The translations under genes and the position numbers were made by a program. This document shows, in pieces, positions 51,670 through 62,880 of a stretch of 64,000 nt of DNA (its first letter is position 1; each line of letters begins with the position of its first letter). Source of the stretch: Harriotta raleighana (lineage: Eukaryota); the NCBI GenBank assembly GCA_050575255.1, contig JBNZDD010013721.1:8598055-8662054 (forward strand), in the 5' to 3' direction. A model generated the notes under the pieces. That model was not told the origin of the DNA. It was given only the letters and a program-made list of their open reading frames with translations, and ran no database searches.

Positions 51670-51850
51670 TTACACAGTGCCTTTCACATCGGGAGGATTT
51701 CCTAAAGCACTTTATGTTTTTTATAAAAAGTTCTAAAGCGCTTTATGGAATGTACAGTAAACAACAAATCACATTTGTTTAGCGCCTTTTGTGTTGGGAG
51801 GACGTCCCAAGGCACCAGTGAAGTAGTGTGACTGTGTATTTGTGGTGGGT
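51670..51850 (-). mobile_element. Antisense L2/SINE tail fragments
   Basis: gtgcctttcacatcgggagga...aaagcactt; acaacaaatcacatttgtttagcgccttttgtgttgggaggacgtcccaaggcac. Confidence 0.65.
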
Positions 51851-53504
51851 GAATGGTACAGAATTGAGCTCAACTGTGATCCCCCTACAGTCAAATAGAC
51901 TGCTGACATATTGTGTGGGCTCGCACATGGAGGTGAGTTCATCTAACACTTGATCTAATTTCCTGATTTGGAAGTCATTCAAATTTGAAGCCCATTGTTG
52001 GCAGAGAGTGAGCGGGTAAATTGATCCACGTGGATTTGGCATTCAGTCAAGGCAACTAAACAATCCCATCTGTTTGGACCCTGGAGGGTATTTGGGACAA
52101 TAGTCGAGCAAACCTGTAATTAATTTCACATTTCATCTCGGAGTGTAATATTATTATTAACATAGGATTGCACTTAGTGTTGAGAGCTTCCATAGAAGTA
52201 CACAATATTTGTGGCACCTTGTGGAATCTTCTAACTTTCACCAGAATCGCTGCAGCTAAGCTTTTAGTTGGCAGATATTTTGCTGAAATTGGAAGGTGGT
52301 ATGATTCAGCGATATGAATCCCAAATGAATATCCAACAATATTGTAATTTAGAGGGTGAGTGGAGATTATGACATTTTCTTAAAAGGGGATTATATGGAT
52401 ATTTAATGTGGGGTACAAAGCATCACTCAAAGTGTTAAGCAGCAACTTCCCTTCAGTAGTATTTCTGCAATGAAGCCATGATATTCCGAATTCCTTATTG
52501 CCTGCGGCTAGGTCAATTGAGGAACCCAGGTTAACACTGATATTGATTGGGATTTTAGAAGAAACACTTCCCATGATAATGAAATGTGAACCAAACACTG
52601 AGCTCTCTAAGGTGGAAGCTCGTCTAGGCTAAGTCTTGCTGTTAAATTTGTCGTGCGCAACAAAGCTCTGCCTCATTAAAAAATACTGGGTTCAGACTGT
52701 GGACACAAACCAAAATAATGGAGGTGAAACAAAAACTATCACCAGCCTCACCAATGATGAAATGATGCACCTTTAACCTGATTTAAAAATGAAATGCACC
52801 TAATTTGCTTGAAATCACTCCTTTGAAAAGTTTTGTTCAGTTTTAATTCTGACGAATAATAGAAGTAGTTTGGAAGGACGTGCTAAATTAGGATCAATGG
52901 AAAGGAATGGTCCTTTTATTAAAAAGAAATTAGCCACATCATTCTAGGGGAACCATGAGATTTTGGCTAATATTTCTTCATGTACTGCTTGCTCAATGAT
53001 AAATGGATCATATTCATTATGCTGTATAATGCCATTACCTCAACAGATTTGGAAGTGGTATATTAATTGCTCAAGGAATTAATTTATCTGGAGGATTATT
53101 GACCAGGTTATGTGGGGGAAACACTTTTTTTCCCCCAAAAAACTTTAACAACTCTAATTCATTCTTTCACATTAACCCAAATACTATGCTTTTAAATCCT
53201 CACCTATAACTATCTTCATTTTTCCAACTCTTCTGCATGCTGCATTATAGATCTTGGCCTTTCCCTTCTGTTTCCTTCATAAAATATGTGGAAAATCTAT
53301 ACTTTCATGCAGCATTTTTTTTTCGCTTCTGTGGCCTGATTAGCTTTATCCTCGGTGAATGAAATAAATCTAGGTTGACTGTGATGGGTTGGTATTGTAC
53401 AGTTAAAAGGTAGGTGCCGTAATTACTGGAAAATGTGACCTTGTACTGGTACAGTGTCTATGAGCTCAGCGCTCCATCACATTGTCAGTGGACCACATGG
53501 ATAT

Positions 53505-53700
53505 AACAACAACAACATCGATTTATATAGCGCCCTCCATGATGGATGGCGTCTCAGAGCACTTCACAATAGCGGATCCCGGGACCGAACCAGGGGCAGG
53601 GGTAGAAAGGTGACCAAAGGCGCGGTCGAAGAGAAAGTCTTCAGCTGGGACCTGAAACTGGAAAAAGAGGGGGGCGAGGCGGAGGAAGTGAGGAAGGGAA
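53505..53700 (-). mobile_element. 5'-truncated L2 (family B) 3' end
   Basis: Reverse complement matches ~31445-31646 (SLPHFLRLAP...FLFDRAFGHLSTPAPGSVPGSAIVKCSETPSIMEGAI*). Confidence 0.9.
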
Positions 53701-54169
53701 TATAGTGCAAATTGAACACATTGTTCTCTCCCAAGTGAGGCCTGGCATTCATATATCCTCAACAGCTGATCCATAGCACAAATGGGAAAACAAATTTAAC
53801 AGATGGTCAAGTTCCTGAAGTGAGAAAAGGCGGAGGAAGAAAAGAATAATGAAAAGTTAATGAATGGTAGGTCATGGGCACCATTTGAGCCATTAAATGA
53901 ACCATATGTTCACTGGAGATTACAGCTAATATTTTTTAAAAAGTAAAGCACAATGATGAATGGATCAGATTTATAATGCTGCATATCACCATAGGCTTTA
54001 ATAGAATTGACGGAAGTATCAAGGGCTGAATTTATAACTTGTCTATGGCAAGGTGTGGCAAGGTGTCTGAAATAACTTACCCAAAGGACTCGAGTCTAAC
54101 TGCAAGAAAGCTGGGAAAATCATGCAGCCAGTTCAAATGATAAGAAACGAGGGTGTGAGTACAGTTTGT

Positions 54170-54410
54170 GAGTGTCAGCCTGGCTCAGTTGGTAACACTC
54201 TCGCCATACAGTCAGATGGTTGGGGGTTTAAGCCTCAAGTTGGGACTTTGAATTTACATTGCTGGCTGACAGCAATGGTGGTCGGGGTGAGTAGTGTGTG
54301 GGGAAGGTGTCTGGTCCTTTAGGGAAATCTTGTCTTTGCATGTTCAGGTGAATGTTAATGAACCTTAGGGTTCATTAACATTTTATTTGTGAAGCACTTT
54401 GAGATGCTAG
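54170..54410 (+). mobile_element. Ancient SacSINE1-like element, 5' half
   Basis: tcagcctggctcagttggtaacactctcgcc...gtcagatggttgggggtttaag...ggctgac. Confidence 0.6.
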
Positions 54411-54420
54411 CTTACATAGA

Positions 54421-54670
54421 GGCAAGTTTCCTTACTCCACTAATAATCTAACTAATAAGGCCCAATAATAATCCCTCCAAAAAAACCACAATAATAAAAT
54501 TGGTCATTTCAATTCACGACTGTTTGTGGGACACTGCTGTGCGCAATTGGCTGTCGCGTTCCGCCCATAAATGTACAGTCAATTAACTTTACAGTATATT
54601 CTGTGAAGAGCTTTGGGACATTGATAAAATGTGAAAAGCGCTATATCAAATGCAAGGATTATTATTATTA
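54421..54670 (+). mobile_element. 5'-truncated Deu-domain SINE
   Basis: ggcaagtttccttactccac...gactgtttgtgggacactgctgtgcgcaattggct...aaggattattatt. Confidence 0.88.
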
Positions 54671-55573
54671 TATAAATGCAAGGTGTTTTGATGCAGAGAT
54701 TTTGAAGTAAACTCCTCTCCATGACGTGGATAAAATTTGAGACAGAATACAGTCAAAGCATCTTGGAAACTTAATGCATCCTGTTCATTAAACCATCTCA
54801 TTAAATCATACACTTCCAGTCTACATTGAATTCTGAGAAAAGGCAAAAAGCATCCAGGGAAATTTCTGTTATATCTTAACTTCAAAGCATGAAACAGAAT
54901 TGTTGGTCTACCACAAACATGGAGTGAAATGTCTCTGTACGCACTGCAGGATAAAGCAACAAGTCCTGCTCCCTGTAGCGCTCATTATATCTGTACTTGT
55001 AGCTGCCAGTCCAGTCTTCTACTAAAGTTAAAATGCGGCTGCCGCAAATATATTTACTCAGTACAATTTGAGATTAAATATCTATTTTAAGTTATCCCTT
55101 TGTTGCGGATGAATTGTAGACCGATCATCCGGAGCAAATGAACATTTTCTGCACACAACCCTTTTCACAATATTTCTGAAGCAATTTTTTTTTCGCCAAT
55201 TAAGGCCTAAACCAAGGCTTTATTCCAAACCCAGCAAAGACGTTGGACAATATGACAGTGTTCTGCAACGGGTTGTGGTCACGTGGCACAGAGTACGCAT
55301 TCGTAATGTTAATGATAAATGAATGGCAGAACAAGGTGTTTGGATTGATAACCTTTTATGACCACATTTGTTCATAATGATGGGTCCCAAAGGTGCCTTT
55401 GTTGGCATTATCAATGAAAGGACACAAATTATGGGAGCTCAAATTCATCTGAACACAAAAGCAGAACAAATTCTATTTGCATTTAATATTTCCCCTAGTA
55501 CATGTGTTGTGTCTAACAACTGGCAGTATTCCTCTGCTGTCAGGTGAGAAGATAATTGAAAAAAGTGTTTATT

Positions 55574-55929
55574 GTGGAGTCCTGCGGCTCAGTGGTTAGT
55601 GCACTTGCCTTGGGTTTGTTTCCTATCAGAGGTAAACGATGGGCAAGTTTCCTTACTCCATACGTCTCTGTTTACCTAACAGTAAGTAGGAACCTGATTG
55701 TTAGTTGATTGGCAGATCATTTTTCCAGTGATAACAATCCCTAAAAAAACTATAACAATTTGGTCACTCAATCCACAACTGTTTGTGGGACACTGCTGTG
55801 TACAATTGGTTGCTGCGTTTCACCCACAAATCTACAGACAATTAGCTTTACAGTATAATCTTTGAAGCTCTTTGTGACGTCTAGAAGACACAAAAAGCGC
55901 TGTATCAAATGCGACAATTATTATTATTA
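55574..55929 (+). mobile_element. Full-length Deu-domain SINE (long subfamily)
   Basis: gtggagtcctgcggctcagtggttag...ctgtttacctaacagtaagtaggaacc..., Deu domain and tail. Confidence 0.9.
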
Positions 55930-56254
55930 AGCAGCTGGGTACATATGAGGAAGCTTTGTGCTAAGCAAATGCCTTTAGGCTGAGTAGGAACAATGCAGTA
56001 GGCTGTTGGGAGAAACTATTCGATATATCTGTCATTGTGTTGCATATTGGTGGTGAAAGTGGTGAGGTACAGGCATGTGTATTGGATCTGAGATGAACAA
56101 TATTAATTAAGGTTTGAACCTCGAGATCTCTTAACGGTCTTTAAATCTCCCACTGGGTTTTTCAATCTCCTACTGATATAGTCCGGCTGGTTTGTATGCC
56201 CTTGAGAAACATTCCTATCTTTTGAGCAGCAGTTTCGATCGGATAAAAATTACA

Positions 56255-56452
56255 AATTGATTAAATTTCAAAGACAATATATTTAACTTTTAAACAGTGC
56301 CTTTCACATTGAAAGACCAATACAAAACACTTGACATGCAGCCTGGGTACCCGAGTTAGGGGTGGGAGCCGAAGTGGGGGTGAGCTAAAAGAAAGAGAAA
56401 AATGGCTAAAAGCATGGCTAAAAAATGGCTCAAAGAAGCAGGTCTTCAATTG
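56255..56452 (-). mobile_element. Degraded L2 3' end
   Basis: cagtgcctttcacattg...aaagcatggctcaaagaagcaggtcttcaattgg (reverse reads QLKTCFF). Confidence 0.55.
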
Positions 56453-58029
56453 GAATCATTCAAAAGTTGTGGGGAAAAAAAGACATTGATTTAATTTATC
56501 ATTCATATGACTATGTATCGATGTAAGGGCATGGCTTGGTTATTGGGTATGGTAACCCTAAGCTGGAGTGTTCATGGTACACTCTTCCAAAGTGCTGGCA
56601 TTCAGCAACCAAGTTAATAACAAGTCAGAGGTTAGAACAGAAATTGTCTCCTGGGGACTGTTTCCTTCAGTGACCAGTAGGTTAATGTGAGTGTCTATGT
56701 GTTGCTGTCTGGAGTTGAAAATTCAGCAATTTCCAATGAAGGAGCCCAAGCAGGCTACTTTTCTGCTAACCTGGACATATATCATATGCATCATGTTCAC
56801 TGAAGAGGTGCATTGCCTGTTTTCTAATTTGTGCTTTTTGGATTTTTGTTTTTTGGTGGGTGGTGAATTTTGTGCTCATCAAAGTCTATGATGTTTATGC
56901 TGGAAATTTGAACGGTTTCGCAAGAAAAGGCACTCGGTTTCAGGCAGTTTTGTAGGGAGTAAAATGTTCATTTCCCCAGACTGCTGTGTCTGCGATTTAG
57001 TTTCATGCCAAATTAAGCTTTTGTCCAATGAACTTGCACCTGCAGGAAACTGAATTGAAACTATCCAAATTATTTCACATGAAGTCAACCAGACAAAAAA
57101 GGTTTCATCCCAACTTCTTGGGCTCAATATGATCCCAGAGGAGAAAAGCTGATGTGTACAATGATGATTTAAAATATTCTACTGATGCTTTCAAGTGAAA
57201 TATTATGTGTTGATTTTATTTCCATTGAACTGTCCTCTGGTACCAAACTTTCCCCATGCAATTTCTTGCGTAGTTAAACTTTATTGTTTTGTATAAATGA
57301 GTCTGTATTCATCCTCAAGTGTAATCTATTGCAGCTACAAAATTCGTAAAGGTAAGACTGCAAATGTTGTCCCTTTTCTTTATATAAGAAGATTAATCTA
57401 ATTTCTGGAGGACTGATTTAATAAAGGAGCTCTTTAATGTCATTCACAGACAGTGACGTGGTCGAAATCAGGTACAATCAGTTCAATTATCTCTATTGAT
57501 TTTTTCCACTGGCATTGGGCACAGAACAAATCTAAATGTAATCCTATTTTATGAATTTGTTAATTATATATACAGTATTGGTCTTTTCTAATAATGCATG
57601 TCCAGTTTTATGTGGCAAAGATCCATCCCAAATCCATCTATTTGGTCATATCCTCCACAATGTCACTTTACCTATGGTTCTCAATTTAAAAATGAAGAAT
57701 ATAGCAGATGTTTGGTCCAAACAGGTGATATTTTATGATTTATTATTTTAAAATGTTAATTTTTGAATCAATATTTAATTTATTTTCCATCCAATTAGAT
57801 CCTGGAGAGCTCTTGAAATACTCAGAAAACAAACTCCCTGCACACTCAGCCAGTATTAATCCCCTGTAATTCATAGCTGGCTAGCCCTTAGTGACTGTGC
57901 TATCCATAAACATAATGTCAATATAAAGGTCAAAGAAATATATAGGCTTTTGTGAATCGGCAACTGGAAACGGTGAGAGTCAACGTATTAGATTTGTCTT
58001 GGAAAGTCCTTCATTTTCAACTAGAACGA

Positions 58030-58340
58030 TTATAAATAATGATTCTTACATTTAACGCAACTCTTTCATGTCAGGAGGACATGTCAAAGTGATTCACAGG
58101 ATGTATTGTAATGTCTGGCGATTGTGTGTTTAAATGTGGCTGCCAAATTGTGCACATCAACATCCCACAAACAACAATGAAGTGAATGACCAAGCTTTTT
58201 CTGGGGTATTGTTGGCCAGAACACCAGAAGATACTTTTTTCCTTTCAAGCAGTGCCTTGAAATCTTTAACATCTACTTGAACAGGCAAAAGGACAGGACT
58301 CAGGTTAATATCTCATCCAAAGGATGGACATTTCCAACAA
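58030..58340 (-). mobile_element. Ancient SacSINE1/AmnSINE1-like Deu-SINE
   Basis: tggctgccaaattgtgcacatcaacatcccacaaacaacaatga...ttggccagaacacc...gtgccttgaaatctttaacatctac...tctcatccaaaggatgg. Confidence 0.7.
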
Positions 58341-58537
58341 TATATCTTACTTACTCCCAGTAATTAGGCTATCATTCTAGTCTATATGGGTTCATGGCAA
58401 AGGAGCAGATCTTGAGCTCAAAGTACCCACTCCTTGGGAAGTGAATAGCTAATTGAAAGGATTGTTCCAAAGATACTAATCCTAGCAACAGTGGTGATAT
58501 TCTAAGATCTCGTGATATTCTAAGATCTCTTGATATT

Positions 58538-58843
58538 GTGGAGTCCTGTAGCTCAGTAGTTAGAGCACTCACATCACAAGCGAGAGACTTGGGTTTGATT
58601 CCCAGCAGAGCGAAACCTTGGGCAAGTTTCCATACTTCACAGGCCTGATAATAATCCCTTAACAATAAAAAGAATGTGGTCACTCAATCCATGACTGTTT
58701 ATGGGATACTGCTGTGTCCATTTGGCTGCCGCATTTCATCCATAAAATATATTTTAATTCACCTTAAGGTACATTCTGTGAAGCGCTTTGAGATATCTAG
58801 AAGATATGAAAGGCGGAATATCAAATCCAAGGATTATTATTAT
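58538..58843 (+). mobile_element. Full-length Deu-domain SINE (short subfamily), probable TSD ATATTG
   Basis: Complete head-to-tail match; ATATTG at 58533-58538 and 58845-58850. Confidence 0.92.
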
Positions 58844-59199
58844 CATATTGCTTCATTTTCCTCCTTTTCTTGGTTTCTTGTGATTAATCAAAGCCCAAAT
58901 TCAATGATTAGATTAATTTATTTGAAGGTTTAAAAAAAAAAGCAATCTTTTTAAATTAAGAATGTGCAGCCTAGCTTCAAAGAACTCCCTCCCAATCTGT
59001 CTTCAAAGAACCTCTTGATAGTTGACTGGCAAGAAGGTCAAAGCAAGTAGTTTTGATTCATGCAAACTACAAGCCACCACACAATCAATTTTTTTTTGGA
59101 TACAGTATATATAAAAGAAAATAATAAGAAAATGTTGTCCCTTTCATTTGCAAGTACTGTACTTTAGCATACACGGATCCAGTATTTTAATATTACACA

Positions 59200-59490
59200 A
59201 TATTACAGTCAATACACTTTACAGTATATTCTGAGAAACGTTTTGAGATGTCTGGAAGATGTGATAAGGCACTGTATAAAATGCAGAGATTATTATTAAT
59301 AATATTAAAACCTTGCATTTAATCTAGTACCTTTTGTGTCAGGAGGATGTCTCGCACACCTCACAAGATTTTTATTATAAAGTTATAGTGACTGTATATT
59401 GTAGGCTGAGTTGCACACCACAGGTCCCAAAATTGCAGTAAAGCCAACGTTTATTTTATGCGTATGGCTCTTTAATGTCCATCTGAGATC
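59200..59490. mobile_element. Sense SINE tail (59200-59298) abutting an antisense Deu-SINE relic
   Basis: acagtcaatacactttacagtatattctg...gattattatt, then ccttgcattt...tcaggaggatgtctc. Confidence 0.65.
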
Positions 59491-61639
59491 ATAGAAGTTT
59501 ACATGGGGAAACTAAAGTGCTTAGGCCTATTTGATCTGAATCTTACAGAATATACGCATTATTCTCCAATTGTGGAATTAGACTGTTTCTTAAATGAATC
59601 TTCTGTCTTGTGGTTTCAATTACTATTCCTGTTAATACGTGGTAGTTGTAAATTGCCCTTTGTGTAAATCAATGTCTCCTGGCTGGAAAATAATCCCGGA
59701 TATGTTGGAGCGCAGTTTAAGCCATACTTGTAGTTATAGGGATTTCTCTTTAATTTAGATCTTTAGCTTCTTAGTAGTTAGCAATTTTCTGCACTTTCAG
59801 TACTGCTCCCCAAATAAGCTATCTATAAATTGATCGGAATTAACTTGTGCAGTTAGGTTTAGATCTGTCATATTAATTAATACTGCTTTTAAACTAAAAC
59901 TGGATTGATAACCAACTTTCTCCGGTAACCAGTGTGGAATTTGGTGGTGTTCTCTACTCCGTTACATTGGAACTAGAAGCCTGTTGTTAGCTAGTTAATT
60001 TCTTTCCACATTGTGATACTAAAGAGTTGAATCGTGATTGACTTCTATTCATTGCTGATTCAGGAGTTGTACATTGTACAGAAATACCATAGTCCCAACA
60101 GATTTAGATGAACTTTATCGACCTTTTTAATTGCAGATGTTGTCCATCTCCTCAGGGCAATGTTACGTAGCTTCAACTGAACAATTAATACCATTGAGCA
60201 CTTGCCTCATTAAGTTAAAGTTCAGCTCATAAGATTTAATTTTTGCACCATTATCTTCGCTGCCTCTGCATCCTTCTTAGAAACATGATTCTAAACTGGA
60301 CTATAGCTTCATCTGAGTGCCCTTCGCGGGTACAATATGGTATGATTTGGGTGTATTTGTTAATGCAAATGTCCTAAATCATCCTCAATCCAATCTACAT
60401 TTAACAATAATAATAATAATCCATTTGTTGAAAGGTTATTAAAAGTGCTAAATACTATTAAATAAACAACTTGAGTGCATGTATTTGGATTTGAATAAGA
60501 AATTGATTTTTTTTGCTGTAAATGCCCTCTTATGAGCCATGTTATCAAAAATGATTGATTAAGCCATTAGCATTGCTGCTAGTTTACCAAAACAGTCATT
60601 TCAATTACAGCTGAACAATAAAGCATTGGATTTGAATATTTTCGCTTTGGTGTATTTTATGAACTAATGGCCTAGTTTGAGTGTGCACACAAATGACTAA
60701 GTAAATGTGTTCTTTTTTTGTGTCTGTCATTCTGAGATCTGTAAGGGAAAGCACTATGAATTCATCAATTCAATAATGAATGGCTTCTACACTGAGCCAG
60801 GCTTGACCCTGCCTGGGGCTAGGCAAATTAATATGCTTTCAAATCTAGGGACCTGGGAAGTAATTTTGTGCATTTTGTCCCAGAGGCACAAGCTAATTTG
60901 TGCTCTGGGTTTAATCTATTAGTTTAAAGGACTACATTCATACTCATTTGATTACCACACGTACATAAATTGTTGTGTAGCTACAGTTTCTGTTCATAAT
61001 CTGTTAATAGACCAGAAATGCTACAGGCTGTTGACAGTGTTCGGATTTGGGAGAGTTTCTGTAATTTTCAGCCACTTTACGCCTCAATAAAAGTTTTGCC
61101 CTTTGTGTTAATACAGGCATATCAAGAATGTTATAATATCATCTATATTACAATTACAAAACTTAAGCAAAATCTTTGCGTTTAAGGCATTCACCTGACA
61201 TGGAACGCCGCTAGGTAAATTTTATTATATAATAATACTACAAAATTACAAAGCAGGAAAAGTAGATAAGTTTTAAATAGATTTGAAAGTTTATGCGTTC
61301 ATCAATGCTGTGTGTATATTATCACTCATTGCAGTAAAGGATAAGCAAATTGATGTGTTCTAAGATGTCCTCCTAATGTCTTCAGTGTTTTATATTGATG
61401 TAAATTGTTGGTGGTGATTGTTTTGCTCATGACAAAGAGAGGTGAGAGAGTAATGGAGAGCTATTGGAATCCAGTCTCTGAATGTGGCTTTTCGATTCTT
61501 TTAATTTTAGACTCTTTTACACCTGGAGAAAATTATCATTAACATTAAACAGTCTCATCTGTTTGGTTGGTAATGCAAAACTCCATTTACCATATATTCT
61601 TCAGATTTGCGCATTCTGTATTTTCAACTTTTTTTTTTT

Positions 61640-61852
61640 GCCAAACGCTAATGAAATGTGTACTGCATCCTTTAAAGCTGCCAATTGTTAATCACGGCAG
61701 AATCTCATGCTGTGGCTTGGTTAGAGCTGAATAAATTTTCTATATNGCCAAACGCTAATGAAATGTGTACTGCATCCTCTAAAGCTGCCAATTGTTAATC
61801 ATGGCAGAATCTCATGCTGTGGCTTGGTTAGAGCTGAATAAATTTTCTATAT
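61640..61852. repeat. 106-bp duplication around an N (probable assembly artefact)
   Basis: 61640-61745 versus 61747-61852, two substitutions; n at 61746. Confidence 0.85.
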
Positions 61853-62036
61853 AGTCTGTTTGAATTCCAGGCTTAAGAGCTGACTTGTGGGTTCAGACAA
61901 GCACTTTTTTTTTATCCTTGTTCAAATGCTCGTTTCATTTTGTAATTTGCAAATATGTGCACTCACACTGAGCAATTATATTACCCAGAGAATGTATTTC
62001 TGCTGAAAACTATAGTTTTTCTCGTGTAAAAAAAAA

Positions 62037-62411
62037 TTAATATACCTATTAAATATCAGAAGCTGTTTACAGCACTTCAAGAGAGCATTGTATATTTTAT
62101 GGTGCATTGTGCCCAGCATTTTTATGAAAGCTTAGCAAGGTCTCCAGTGGATCTTCACATTTCNTTAATATACCTGTTAAATATCAGAAGCTGTTTACAG
62201 CACTTCAAGAGAGTATTGTATATTTTAAGGTTCATTGTGCCCAGCATTTTTATGAAAGCTTAGCAAGGTCTCCAGTGGATCTNATTAATATACCTATTAA
62301 ATATCAGAAGCTGTTTACAGCACTTCAAGAGAGCATTGTATATTTTATGGTGCATTGTGCCCAGCATTTTTATGAAAGCTTAGCAAGGTCTCCAGTGGAT
62401 CTTCACATTTC
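62037..62411. repeat. ~125-bp triplication separated by Ns (probable assembly artefact)
   Basis: Copies at 62037-62163, 62165-62282 and 62284-62411; n at 62164 and 62283. Confidence 0.85.
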
Positions 62412-62880
62412 TCTAGTGAGCAGCTGAGCTGTACAGACTAAATGTTTCACTGGTTCAAATCTCCCTCCCCAAACTCCTCGCCTGATTGCTGGTGATTAGC
62501 TGATCTGGATTGAATAGCAGATGGGGCACAACCATTGGTCTGAATTCCCCTAAATTGTGTAGAGCGAAATCTGCCAGAATTCCTGCTTCTATTAGTATTC
62601 AGTGATGACTGGATGAAAGTGCAGAAGCAATTACTTGGAGGGTAGTTAATGACTGGAACAGTTTACGAGAAAGGATGGTGGAGACCAGGACACTGAACTA
62701 AATTAAAAACGGCTTAATATTGTGATGGGAGATTGGGTTCTCTGGAAGGATGAGATCAAAAAGCCAAAGGGTGTTCTTCTTTTAAACCTCTCTTGCAATC
62801 TTACAAATTAGGGTTAGGGAATAGTTGTGGCTTGGTTTTGATGTCCATTGTAGTCAAATAGCCGACCAACACACAAGAGA
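62412..62880 (+). mobile_element. Degraded LF-SINE-like element split by a CR1 3' fragment (~62632-62806)
   Basis: ctgagctgtacagac...gattagctgatct...ggggcacaaccattggtc...tattcagtga, then a CR1-like piece (gggtagttaatgactggaacagttta), then cttggttttgatgtcc..gtcaaatagccgaccaacac. Confidence 0.55.

Noticed and set aside
61640-62411. Minisatellite or CRISPR-like array
   Set aside because: Every junction is an N, there are no unique spacers, and the few differences look like alleles or read errors.
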